64,000 nt of DNA from Bugula neritina (taxonomy: Eukaryota; Animalia; Bryozoa), in assembly GCA_964035545.1 (NCBI GenBank), contig OZ037765.1, forward strand, positions 15,562,995-15,626,994, written 5' to 3'. Both the position numbers and the translations under genes were made by a program. Under the pieces are notes generated by a model that made no database searches, was not told where the DNA came from, and saw only the letters and a program-made list of their open reading frames with translations. This document shows positions 14,055 through 26,304 of the stretch, piece by piece (position 1 is the stretch's first letter; each line of letters begins with the position of its first letter).

Positions 14055-14506
14055 TGTATTGGTATGCCACCCAGATGTATTGGCAGGCAGCCAATCATTA
14101 AAGCTTTCAAGCTTCAAAGCTTTCACCAAAGCTACTATTAGCTGGCAGAGCTAGTGCATTCACTGTACTGCATGAGTCAGTGTATCATGATCAAACCGCC
14201 ATATTTACACTTTTTGTAAGAATAAACTATCGGTTTCGGTATTGTGATGGCTAAGAATTTTACCTACGCATCAATATTGTAAGTTTATTAGAATTATAAT
14301 AGTTCATGTCAATTTTTTTGGTTCTGTAATGTTCATGGTGTTCCTCTGAATTTTGATTTATATTGTGACTACTTACTTATACAATTTCTAATGTTTCCCA
14401 TTTTTCTAGGGTACGATTTGACAGCTAATAAACTCGAAAACCTGTTGCCAAGTTGGCTAGTAGTTAAAGCATATCTTGCAACCAGACACAAACACAAACC
14501 GATACA
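14055..14506 (+). repeat. 3' LTR of BEL-B
   Basis: Direct repeat of 8325-8776 followed by TSD GTTAC. Confidence 0.95.
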
Positions 14507-15860
14507 GTTACTATACTTGGTGTTAATATACTGTGCATTACTATACTGTACATTACTATCCTGTGTAATACTACACTGTCTATTACTGTACTGTGTATTC
14601 GTTTATTGTGTATTACTATACTGTGTATTACTTTACTTTGTATCGCTATATGTTTTTTTCTACACTGTGTACTACTATACTGTCTTTTCCTATACCGTGT
14701 ATCATTGTACCGTGCATTACTTATATACCGTGTACTACTAGACTGTTAATTATTACACTCTGTGTTACTATACTGTGTAGTACTGTATTGTGTATTACTA
14801 TACTGTGTGTTACTAAATTGTGTACTAATATACTGTGCATTACTATACTGTAGATTAATATACTGTTTATTACTGTGCTGTGTATTCATATACTATGAAT
14901 TACTATACTGTGTAATATTATAATATGCGTTTCTATACTGTGTATTACTGTACTGCATGTTACTATACTGCATGTTACTATACCGTGTATTTTTATACTG
15001 TGTATTAACATCCTGTGTATTACTATACTTTGGATACTATACTGTGTATTACTATACTGTGTATTACTCTACTGTGTATTCATATAGTGTGTACTAATAT
15101 ACTGTGTATTACTATACTTTCTATTACTATACCGTGTATTACTGCACCGTGTGTTATTATACCATGTATTACTGGACTGTGTACTCATATACTTTGCATT
15201 ACAATCCTGTATTACTATACTGTGTATTACTAGACTGTGTATTGATATACTGTGTATTACTATACTGCATAATACTATGCTGCGTAGTACCATACTGTGT
15301 ATTACTATACTTTGTAAACTATACTGTGTATTACTATACTGCGTATTTTATATACTGTCTATGTTTCACTGTGTTTTACTGTACTGTGTATTCATATAGT
15401 GTGTATTAATATCTGGTGTATTACTATACTGTGTATTACTATACTGCGTATTCTACACTGTGTATTACTATAAGGTGTATTACTATATTGTATATCACTA
15501 GACTGTAGGTTAGTATACTGTGCATTACTATAATATGCAATATTATACTGTGTATTACTACACTGTCTATTTCTATACTGTCTATTACTATACTGTGTAT
15601 TACTAAACTGTGTCTTACTATACTGTAATACGATACTGTATAACTGTACTGTGTATCCATATGCTGGGTATTACTATACTGTGTATTAATATACTGTGTA
15701 TCGCTATACTGCGTAATAAAATACTTGGTAGTAATATACTGTGTAATACTATACTGCCTATTACGATACTGTCTATTACTATGCTGTGTATTACTATACT
15801 GTGTATTACTATGATGTGTTTTACTATACTGTATTGCTATGCTGCGTATTACTATAATGC
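14507..15860. repeat. 15-bp minisatellite (TATTACTATACTGTG)n, degenerate
   Basis: Tandem TACTATACTGTGTAT units. Confidence 0.92.
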
Positions 15861-15871
15861 CTATTAATTTA

Positions 15872-15957
15872 TGCCTTGCAAAGTAATTCACAGGTTTACA
15901 TATTCTAGTACCCACCAATATTCACAGACAGAGTAGGGGCTACCTCTTCAAGGTGTC
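15872..15957 (+). repeat. ~86-bp unit following the minisatellite, repeated at 16518-16604
   Basis: TGCCTTG...AGTACCCACCAATATTCA.AGACAGAGTA...CTCTTCAAGGTGTC occurs twice. Confidence 0.85.
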
Positions 15958-16275
15958 CTGAGTCCGAGTTCGGCAAGTGGATGCCGAAAGACTGAATGTC
16001 GGTTACCGACATAATCAGTGTCAGTTACCGACATGATGAATGTCGCCATACCCTACTGAAATTTGGCCCGCTGTCGGTCGGAGGTTCTAGAAGTCCTTTG
16101 TCTGGCTAGTATAAAAGGAAGCTCATTTTAGAGCTTCAGTCACTTGAGGACTGGAGCTCGGACTGGAAGGATCTAGACTACAATAAAGTTACACGCACAC
16201 TACTTCAGCACTCTCTCTTGTCTCTTCTACAACAAGGAGTTATGTTCTCTGCCTGATTTCATCCAATAACCCACA
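15954..16275 (+). mobile_element. Probable solo LTR
   Basis: TG...CA ends, TATAAAAG at about 16110, AATAAA at about 16182; no matching TSD found. Confidence 0.55.
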
Positions 16276-16520
16276 AGTTACTACAATGCTATACTGTGTA
16301 TTACTAGAATGTGTGTTAGTATTCTGTGCATTACTAGAATGTGTGTTAGTATTCTGTGCATTACTATACTGTGCAATACTATACTGTGTAATACTATACT
16401 GTCTATTATGATACTGTCTATTACTATTCTGTGTATTACTATACTGTGTATTACTAGGATGTTTATTACTATACTGTATTACTAAGCTGCGTATTATTAT
16501 AATGCGTATTAATATACTGC
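16276..16520. repeat. 15-bp minisatellite, third block
   Basis: TATTACTATACTGTG units. Confidence 0.85.
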
Positions 16521-16600
16521 CTTGGCGAGTCATTCACAAGTTTAGATATTCCAGTACCCACCAATATTCAGAGACAGAGTATTGGGCTAGCTCTTCAAGG

Positions 16601-17170
16601 TGTCAAGACATTTTGGGGTTAACAAAAATAGGATTGGGTAAAACTCTTGCCTTGCTTGTGCCGGTAAGTGGACACAACTTGATGACTTGATTATCTCTCT
16701 GCTTGCTAAGTGAACTCTCAGACTACTTGATGACTTAAATATCAGATCACTTAAACAATTAAATACTTAGTTAACTTTGCTGGCTTTCTGATGATTTGCT
16801 ATTTATATTTTTGACTTGTAGTCATATGTAAACTATATAAATAGTCGCTTTTAGATGGTCAAGGCGCAATCTCTAGCTAAAGTTATAGTCATGGGGTTTG
16901 TTATTTTGTTACGAAGACATGCTTTGACCACATTTTGTTCTATTTAAAACTTGACTTTCAGTTACTCTGTACATGCAGTAATAAACTTGCCATACTTGAA
17001 CTTCAATACTTGGCTTTATATGTAACTCAGCACCATCTCTGAGCAGATTCACATGAATTACGTCCTGAGCAGCGAGCCAGGCAGCCAGATAGAAGAGAAG
17101 ACTCAGCCGACCCACCCACAAATGCCCTGTCACCGGCAGAGTATGGCACCTCCTTACCGAGAATGCGACA
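16601..17170 (-). mobile_element. Possible solo LTR-like insertion
   Basis: TGTC...GACA ends, reverse TATAAA near 17014; no TSD. Confidence 0.3.
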
Positions 17171-18528
17171 TGCCCCATGTACTTAACCTCCGGCTGCAAC
17201 AGAGCGCACTTGGAAGGTTTTAGTTTCAAACCGGCACCTCTGAGTCTTTCGAAAACCTCCCTCAGACGACTGACGTGAGTCGCGACGTCTGGAGAGATCA
17301 CGATGACGTCATCAACGTAGATCAGCAGTGTCTTTCAGTGCAGTTCGCTAAGGACTTGTTCCATCAGCCTCTGAAAAATGGCCGGGGCAGAGGTCAACCC
17401 AAACCGCAACACCTTCCACTTCCACAGGCCATCCCGCGTGATGAATGCCGCCTTCTCCTAAGCATCGAGACTCAGAGGGACCTGCCAGTACACGCTCAGC
17501 AAGTCTAGCGCACTGAAGTACTTGCTGCTGGCTGGGGCGTCCAAGGATTTATCAATACGGAGCAGGGGGTAAGCGTCCTGTATGGTCACACTATTGAGTT
17601 TACGGTAATCCACACAGAACAGCCAACTTCCGTCTTTCTTCCGGACCAACACGATCGGCGAGTTTTATACACTATGGGCTGGCTCTATGAGGCCGCGGTC
17701 CAGAAGATCCCGGATTTGTCAGTTTACCTTCTTCTCCTTTTCTGGCCCCAACCTGCGCGTGGGTTGCCGGATAGGAACTGTCCCCGCAGCCAGCAGAATC
17801 TCATGACGAACGGCCCGTGTCAGGCCCACGTCATTGTCCCCACTACTGAACACGTCATTGTACTCGCGCAGCAACTTTGCCATAGCCTGGCGTTCCTCCT
17901 TGCTCTCACAGTCATAACAGGCCGTCTTGTACAATTCTTGGACGTGTGGTGGGACAGGTCCTCGCCCTTTTGGCGGGCGTTGCTAGAAATCTTCCGTCTT
18001 ATCTCTCAACGACGGTCCCACGTTTCTTTCCTGGACAGAGTGGAAACGGCCCACCAGGGACCCGGCCGGTAGTTTCACTGATTCTGTGAAGAGGTTGACA
18101 CACTGCACTAAGATCTCTCCTCGCGCAGTAAACTGGTTTAAACTACTGGCGAGCTAGATTCTATCGTGCGCGCCTTCCACCACCCCTAGCCCTGATATCT
18201 GCTTGTTATTCACCTTGCAGTGAATAGTGGCCTGAGAGCGGCCTGGTATAGTACAGATTCGTACTACCTGCACGCCTCCAACTAGGGGGCGGTTGCATTT
18301 ATGAACACAGGCGAGTTCTCACCCGGCCATCAACTTTACAGACTTACTGAAGTCAATTAGACACCTGTGTCGTTTCAGAAACGACATTCCGAAGATAGCA
18401 TCCTCTTCGGGTTGTCTGACGATAAACGTCTCCTGGATGGCTTGGTCACGAACACGTCCGGTCAACTCTATGATGCCGTAGAAGGGAATGCACAACCCGT
18501 CCGCTAGGGTGCCATGCTCTCCAGTATA
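17163..18528 (-). pseudogene. pol: Ty3/Gypsy pol fragment (protease C-terminus to RT), same lineage as Gypsy C-G
   Basis: 'LVRKKDGSWLFCVDYRKLN', 'LKLKPSKCALLQPEVKYMGH'; homologous to 54600-55950; many frameshifts. Confidence 0.92.
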
Positions 18529-18821
18529 TGTTTATTTTATATATTTAATTACACACACAAACCTATATAACAACAAAGCCACTGCTATGTTTGTGTTGCG
18601 TTCTACGTTATGTTTAGCATGTTGATTTTCTTAATGTAAAAATTTAAATCCACCAATATTGTGCCTGAGGAATGCTGAAGAGGCATGAAACTATTAGTAG
18701 CGCAATAAAACATCTGATTAAATTGTGCTCTTTTCTTCAATAATATAATTGCTCATTATTATACACGTATAATAATTTGAGCACTTTTTCATCTGCTGTT
18801 TTTTGAAAAACTCACACTACG

Positions 18822-18825
<4 letters not shown>
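18529..18825 (+). mobile_element. Penelope-like element 3' end/pseudo-LTR fragment inserted next to (TA)n
   Basis: 18579-18645 is similar to 24148-24215 in the PLE 3' UTR; contains a hammerhead core followed by AATAAA. Confidence 0.8.
18658..18706 (+). ncRNA. Minimal type I hammerhead ribozyme
   Basis: Stem I ATTGTGC/GCGCAAT; core CTGAGGA; stem II ATGC/GCAT; GAAA; short stem III CTATTAG; GTA cleavage triplet. Confidence 0.85.
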
Positions 18826-18900
<75 letters not shown>

Positions 18901-18932
18901 GAAGTAAAATGAGATTTGATTAATATAATGGC

Positions 18933-18985
18933 ATTTATTACTAGTAGTTTCGTACACAAGAACGATGTGCACTCGTCAGATAAAT
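18933..18985 (-). ncRNA. Minimal type I hammerhead ribozyme (left arm of palindrome 1)
   Basis: Exact reverse complement of 19010-19062. Confidence 0.8.
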
Positions 18986-19009
18986 TAGCCACTATAATCA
19001 TAGTGGCTA

Positions 19010-19062
19010 ATTTATCTGACGAGTGCACATCGTTCTTGTGTACGAAACTACTAGTAATAAAT
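19010..19062 (+). ncRNA. Minimal type I hammerhead ribozyme (right arm of palindrome 1)
   Basis: ATTTAT-CTGACGA-GTGCACA(tcgttct)TGTGTAC-GAAA-CTACTAG-TA-ATAAAT. Confidence 0.87.
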
Positions 19063-19187
19063 GCCATTATATTAATCAAATCTCATTTTACTTCTTCTAA
19101 TGTTTATGCTCTAGATTTATTTCTATAGAGCACTCTAGTAACGTTTTATAAACACTCATTTTACTATATATATATATATATATATAG

Positions 19188-19255
<68 letters not shown>

Positions 19256-19379
19256 GCATAAACATTAGAAGAAGTAAAATGAGATTTGATTAATATAATG
19301 GCATTTATTACTAGTAGTTTCGTACACAAGAACGATGTGCACTTGTCAGATAAATTAGCCACTATAATCATAGTGGCTA

Positions 19380-19432
19380 ATTTATCTGACGAGTGCACAT
19401 CGTTCTTGTGTACGAAACTACTAGTAATAAAT
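19380..19432 (+). ncRNA. Minimal type I hammerhead ribozyme (right arm of palindrome 2); the left-arm copy at 19303-19355 has a core mutation
   Basis: Same sequence as 19010-19062; the minus-strand copy reads CTGACAA instead of CTGACGA. Confidence 0.87.
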
Positions 19433-19531
19433 GCCATTATATTAATCAAATCTCATTTTACTTCTTCTAATGTTTATGCTCTAGATTTATTTCTATAGAG
19501 CACTCTAGTAACGTTTTATAAACACTCATTT

Positions 19532-19678
<147 letters not shown>

Positions 19679-21546
19679 GCCAAATATTCACTACAAGTTT
19701 CAAAAATAGCATAAATCAAGTAGTATTACCATGCCTGTTTTTATCCAATTTACATGTCTTACATTTATAGCAACTGCAATGTATTTTGTTTAAAATGGTT
19801 ATTGCAAGCATTATTCAATAGACCATGTAAAACTCAGCCAATCAGCAAAGTGTACCACCATTATAACTTATATAAAATTCTGCAAGTTTGTTTGCAAAAT
19901 GCATATGCTTCTAGAAACCAGTTGTGTAACTTCTTTTAAGCGCATTATTTTATTTCATATCCTAAATTTATGACACTCTGATGTATTTTTCAAAACTTCT
20001 AAATTAAGTATTTATGAAATGCAATTAAAAGTTGTATGTCTACAAAAATGACCTGGTACAGTTTTGCAGCTTTAGGCCAGTTGTTTTATAACTCTTAGCT
20101 TTATTTGTTTTCTATTATACAAGTATGAATGACTATTGTTCCCCAATATGCCAGCTGGTAATGAGCCACCAGATTTTGGTACAGAACTGTGATTGGCTGA
20201 ATAGTGTACACTCTGTCCTTGTTTACATAGTGCAAGCTACAGGGTAGTATTATACCAACTTTCTGTTTACCAATATTTTGTTCACAATGGTATAAATAAG
20301 CTATTCAGCAAGGATTTTATGACATGTGAACCATGGGAACTCTCTCCCTCTCTGCTGTATATATTTTAGCTTGTAATAGCAAGTACACATCATAGTGTTA
20401 TTACTAATACACTCATATAAACATATTCAATTTTCTTCAGATAATAAACTCATTCCTTCAATTATAGAAAATAACTAGCAATCATTCAATGATCTAGCTT
20501 TAGTAAACTATCATGTACAGTTTTTTTAAATGCATTTCTTTTAGACGACCCTATTCTTCAGCTTAGCAATACTATAACTTAAATAACTTGTATTGCACCT
20601 TATGCTAAGCCTGGGTTGGCTGTTTCTAAATCTAAAATACTGTTTTCTTTTCTTAAATTTAAACAATAGGTTGAATTAGTCACATTATATTTATTAGCAG
20701 GTTTTAAAATGCATAGTTTAGCAATAACATAAAAAATTTTCAATGAATTATAAACACATAAATTATTGGTGTGGAAAAATTGCAATTTATGCTGCCTATT
20801 ATAACATAATGTTTTTACATGATCTAATCTCATAGCTTCAAAATATCATAAGAAAAATTTTATGAAAGTACTAGACTCCATCAGTTATGAAGGGTGGCTG
20901 CAGATTGCGGAGATCCCAGCAGACCATAGGAATTTCAAGAAATGCTAGCTGAAGGCTTTACAATTCAAACAGAATGTAATGGGTGTCAACATGCATTGCA
21001 TATTGTTGTAACTATGCATAGTAAGCTGGCTGTATGAGACAAAGCTTTGAATAAATTCATGAATTTAAACAAATACTTCTGACAAACAACTATTGCTTTA
21101 CTTATTAGCTGGTTTAAACCCATGTAGCTATAACAACATTAATTTTATTAAATTTTGTGTTTGAGTGAAGTTAGCAACGAGTATAAAATCATTCCAACTT
21201 TAAACACTGAAGTATTATCAGGCAATCACCGGCTTTCCATAGATCGATCTCCGATCGATCTCGACGAGATTGATCCATGGAAAGATGTCAAAGATCGATC
21301 TCAGTCATTCTGAGCTGGTCGGTCTGTAGAGCTCAAACTCAGATCGATCTCAAGGCAATAAGACCATGGAAAGACGAAAGATCCATCCGAGAAGTAGAAA
21401 AATGACTGCTCGCTAAAATATTGTCTGGTAATAAAAATGATAATATATTGTTAATTACTGAGCAAAGTACTTAATAATTTTGATAGCTACCTTTTCAGGT
21501 GGCAAAACTTTGACTTTCATCAAAATGATTAGAAAAACTCAATTAT

Positions 21547-21876
21547 TGTGATCATTCTGTCAATTATTACTTAGAGTAGATTCCGCATGTGCAATGGTGT
21601 TTTATTCGAGTAACAATTTAAATCAACTACTCAGCTGCTAGTGTAATAAAAGAACTATATTTGTTGCATATATACAAAATATAAGAGAGAGAGACACATC
21701 CAGTATCTAAGTTACATTCACCGTCTAGTTAAAACCTACTACATTCGTCAACATACTACTCCTAACTGATTATATGGTCTTCGGGAAACATTCTGTTCCG
21801 CAGTGGGTAGTTATGTGCTTCAACATTATTGGCTATTATACACGTGCACAATCTGTACGCTTCACTAGCCACTACA
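21547..21876 (-). repeat. 3' LTR of Gypsy C
   Basis: TGTGAT...CCACTACA, repeat of 30765-31096. Confidence 0.93.
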
Positions 21877-21955
21877 CCGCCCTCTCCAGCAGGGAGCCCA
21901 CTTCCTGCTAAACTCATAGTGGAGAAAAAGCGTACTGCACACAAAAGAACATTTG

Positions 21956-22044
<89 letters not shown>

Positions 22045-22050
22045 TATATA

Positions 22051-24022
22051 CCTAAATCCAAAGGCTAATTCAAACCAACAGGACAACTATGGATTCAACA
22101 CCACAAAAGCACCTCCTACCATCAAAGAGCTTGCCAGGTTCGAAATAAAAATTAGATCCATGATTAAAAACATCAAATTTAGAAGAGTACACTGCCAATT
22201 CCAGAAAACAATAAAACAAGACCTAGCCCAAAAAATTGGCACCAATAGTCTTATTATACCTGCTGACAAAACAAATAATTTTTACAACATGGAAATTACC
22301 AACTACAGAGAACTATTGCACAACAACATCACTAAGGATTACAAAAAAATTGATCAAAACACGCCCCAAGAAATAAACCTAGAAGCTAAACATATTGCCA
22401 AATCTCTACAAATCGAAGACAGAATCACGACCACCAACACAACTGAGGCATACATAACACTAAAGGACCACAAGCCTAATTTTATGAATAACCCTAAGTG
22501 CAGACTAATAAACCCAAGCAAAACTGAAATAGGCATCATCAGCAAAAGAATACTAGACAGGATAAATAAGGCCATAACTCCAAAACTAGCTTTGAATATT
22601 TGGACAAATACTTCCGAGGTAATTAAATGGTTCACAAATTTAGATAACAACCAATGCTTATCTTTTATTGTATTTGACATTGTCGACTTTTATCCATCAA
22701 TAACTAATAAGTTACTCCACACTGCAATTGATTTCGCAGCAGAGCATACCACCATAACAGACACAGACCGCACCGTGATTCTCCATGCCAGAAAAATGTT
22801 GTTATACCATTCCGGCCAACCCTGGAGTAAAAAATGTGGCTCATTATTTGACATTACAATGGGCAGCTATGACGGTGCAGAATGTTGCACTCTGGTCGGC
22901 ATATTTTTACTATATAAAATCAACCAGAAGTTTGGAAATACCTTCGGTCTATACCGTGATGACGGCCTAGGAGTAATCAACGACACTGCAAAAAATATAG
23001 ATAGAATTAAAAAATCAATCTGCAAAATTTTCCAAAAACATAATCTAAATATCACCATTGAAGTAAACAAAAAAGTCGTCAACTATCTAGATATAAATTT
23101 TGACATTAGCAAAAGAACACACAAACCCCATGTAAAACCTAACAGCGAAATCCTATATGTAAACTCCAAATCCAACCATCCACCCCATATCACAAGAAAC
23201 ATTCCACATGCCATAAACAACAGGCTCTCCAATCTCTCATCTAACGAAGAAGTCTTCAGTCAAACAACAAAAATACACCAAGAAGCTCTAAGTAAAAGTG
23301 GATACACACATAACCTAACATTCCAGCCAACACACACCACTAGCAGACCAAAAAGAGAAAGACGACGAAACATCACATGGTATAACCCCCCATTCTCCAA
23401 AAGTGTAACAAGCAACCTGGGAATACAATTTTTTAAAATCCTAGAGGAAGAAATACCCAAAGATCACAAACTCTACAAAATTTTCAACAAAAACAACATA
23501 AAACTCAGTTACAGCTGCTGCAGAAATTTAAACAACATAATCAACAGCCACAATAAAAGATTACTCAACCCAGCAAACCAACCTCCTCGAGAATGTAACT
23601 GCAGAAACAGCACAGTGTGCCCACTAGATGGAAAATGCCTCACAAAGTGCATCATATACCAAGCTACAGTTACAACCAAAGATGGCAGCCAACCCCAGAC
23701 TTACGTGGGAACATCAGAAACAGAATTCAAAACCAGATTGTATAACCACAAATCAACTTTTAACAACAAAACAAAAAAGAACCATACTGAATTGAGCAAA
23801 TATATCTGGAAACTAAAAGACAAGAACACCCATTTTGACATAACATGGAAAATTATGAAAAAGACCAACTCATACAACAAAGTCACTAAAAGGTGCAACC
23901 TCTGCCTATGGGAAAAATATTTCATAATATACCAGCCCAGCAAATCTTCCCTTAATAACAGAAATGAGATTCTATCCACATGCAGACATGCACGTAAGCA
24001 CTACCTGGGCAACATCACATAA
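22051..24022 (+). CDS. Penelope-like reverse transcriptase + GIY-YIG endonuclease (open frame, start codon missing)
   Basis: 'PADKT', 'FDIVDFYPSI', 'TMGSYDGAE', 'GLYRDDGL', 'YLDI'; 'CNC...CPLDGKC..IIYQATV...YVGTSETEFKTRLYNH', 'CNLCLWEK...CRH'; the N-terminal IYIY of the ORF track is just the TA repeat. Confidence 0.93.
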
Positions 24023-24254
24023 CAATACTAACAACTCCCAACCATAGTACTACCTATTATAAATTACCCTTTCCATCAAACATCTAGCTTTTAGAGTCTA
24101 ATCCTTTAGAAAAAGAGCAATTTAATTAATTAATAGATAACACCAAATCCACTACTATGTTTGCATTTCGTTTTACGTTGTGTTTAGCATGATAGTTTTC
24201 TTTATGTAAAAATTTGAATAATCGGTATGCTTCATAGATTTTATTTATTTTTAG

Positions 24255-24307
24255 TCTAACACCTGACGAGTGCAGTTTACTGTACGAAACTATATAGTCG
24301 TGTGAGA
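24255..24307 (+). ncRNA. Minimal type I hammerhead ribozyme in the PLE pseudo-LTR
   Basis: TCTAACAC-CTGACGA-GTGCAG(ttta)CTGTAC-GAAA-CTATATAG(palindromic)-TC-GTGTGAGA; GTC cleavage site. Confidence 0.9.
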
Positions 24308-24358
24308 TTTTTTAAATAAAAAAATATATATGTATCATTAACAATCTGAACACACTAC

Positions 24359-24436
<78 letters not shown>

Positions 24437-24479
24437 GTATTCCTGATCTTAAAAATCGTACAAAAAAAAAACATCCCAT

Positions 24480-24586
<107 letters not shown>

Positions 24587-24799
24587 AAACATGCAGGCAC
24601 TTGTCCATATTTACACCATGTATACAACAGTTATGCTCCTGTACAGCTTACTAGTCATCAGATTGTCTTTGGAGGACGAGATAGATCATAGAGAAGGGGG
24701 GGACTACTGACGGGGAACGTCAAACAGACATCAAAGCAAGATAGAAAACGGGAAATCACACAGATCAGGAATGTAGCTTAGAACGAAGTAAAAGACATA

Positions 24800-26300
24800 G
24801 TCTTATTCCTTAGCAGCCCGTTTGAGATGAGCAATAGATTCCTTCAGATACTACAACTCGCTCGCTGCAGCCAAGATTCTTGGGGCAAGCCGATGTACCT
24901 TGCACTCTAATTCACTAGTCCGGAGCTCCACTTCACACAAGTTACGGGCCAAAGAGGAACGACGGGGAGGAGAAAAGAAGTTCCACCGTCGCTTACGGTT
25001 TGAAGAAGGAGGAAGAGAGGACGAGCGTTTGTGGGGCTTCGTCTCGATGCGATGCAGTAGGAATCAAGGATATAGGGGGTATAGGTTTGTCTGGATATCT
25101 CCTCTCACTTGGCTTTTGGTATTCAAAGGGGTTTGGTGATAGGGCCAAGGGTGATGGGTCTGGAAATGGGAAATCCCTGGGAGAGACGCTTGAGTCGAGT
25201 TGAATCAGAGACGAAAGGCTGCATCAGACTGAAGAACTTAGGATAAGATGCCTCATCCACATCATATAAGTTTTCCTGAAAACAATTCATTGCCCTCTGA
25301 TGACGGAGTATGTAGTCCCTGTGGTACCTGAACTCCCTACAGAGACAAAAGGTGGTAACAAAGTGTTGTGGAAGATGTACCCGCAGTCTGCGGTGCACAG
25401 GATCGTTAAGGGCATCTTCACTGAGAATATCATAAATTTCTCTCAAAATGCAGTTCAGGTTCTTGAATAATATTGCTCTGCGAGTGGCATGCGTGTTGCC
25501 TACTTGTAATTGTTTAGCCTAAGATTAAACTACAACCAATAAGCAGCAACCTTCATTAGGGCTGCGTTATCTATCAACTTTCCATTATGGGTGCTACATA
25601 AACAAAGTACAAAGCGAGCTATTCATTATAGCTTGCCAGCTAGCAAGCCTGTAATTAGCATGTACGTGCCAATATTTTCTCATCCCTACATGCTCATTGA
25701 AGCGTGAAATGCTGCCCGCCGCTATAGTTTCCTACGAAAAAATAAAGCATTTTCAGTGTATAAATCACCAATTTATGAGCAATCTAGCAGAGTTATTGGA
25801 AAAAAAATTGCACTGGAGAAATATCTCAGGATTCCAGCAGTGCAATTTTCATTCAGATATCATGTTTTGCTGCTGAGATATTTTACTGGTACTGAAAATT
25901 CAGCTTTTCAGGCAAAATTGGCCAAAATTGGGCAGTTTTTTGTCTATAACTTTGCAAAAAAAAGGAAAATTAAAATTTCCAAAAATTTGCACTGGGGTAA
26001 AAAAAGATCTACAACATAGTTTTTAAATTTTGACTCTAGCACAATTAGGTGAGACTTTATTTTACTGGTACTGAATTCTTATATGATTACAATGCAAACC
26101 TCAGCAAGGCAGTTGCAGCTAAAAGGTTGCCCGTAACTATCCTGTGTGGGTTGTAAATTGCTGCTGACATAGCCGACACGTGGTGTTGTCTTCATTACCC
26201 CGGTGTTGAAGGATTTCTCTCTCCGTTGCTGGCGTCATCCAGCACGTCTTGAATTCCAGTGCGTGTGGCAGTGTACGACTGGAGTGAGTAGGTAGATTGG
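24800..26300 (-). pseudogene. Gypsy C accessory ORF3 (zinc-finger-like), split by a MITE
   Basis: Removing 25396-26146 rejoins 'NEDNTTCRLCQQQFTTH' to 'RRLRVHLPQHFVTTFCLCREFRYHRDYILRHQR'; homologous to 59161-59940; outer limits approximate. Confidence 0.8.
25396..26146. mobile_element. 751-bp CACTA/EnSpm-like MITE
   Basis: TIRs CACAGGATCGTTAAGGGCATCTT / AAGGTTGCCCGTAACTATCCTGTG; 2-bp TG TSD; excision restores the ORF3 frame. Confidence 0.85.
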
Positions 26301-26304
26301 GCTC

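Larger units (their letters stand above)
8325..14506 (+). mobile_element. BEL/Pao LTR retrotransposon BEL-B, 6.2 kb, non-autonomous (RT missing)
   Basis: 452-bp LTRs TG...CA at 8325-8776 and 14055-14506 (about 3 mismatches seen); 5-bp TSD GTTAC at 8320-8324 and 14507-14511; gag, protease, RNase H C-terminus and integrase remnants. Confidence 0.95.
22051..24356 (+). mobile_element. Penelope-like retroelement (Naiad-like), slightly 5'-truncated, flanked by (TA)n
   Basis: RT plus GIY-YIG ORF, 3' pseudo-LTR with a hammerhead, (TA)n at 21960-22050 and 24360-24582. Confidence 0.92.

Noticed and set aside
3280-16520. CRISPR-like repeat array
   Set aside because: Degenerate tandem repeats without unique spacers, no cas genes, eukaryotic context
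14391-16533. ORFs such as 'CITILCITIL' and 'YSNTQYSNTQ'
   Set aside because: Translations of the 15-bp minisatellite
22051-24356. Selenoprotein-coding Naiad with SECIS
   Set aside because: No in-frame TGA in the ORF and no convincing SECIS pattern in the 3' UTR
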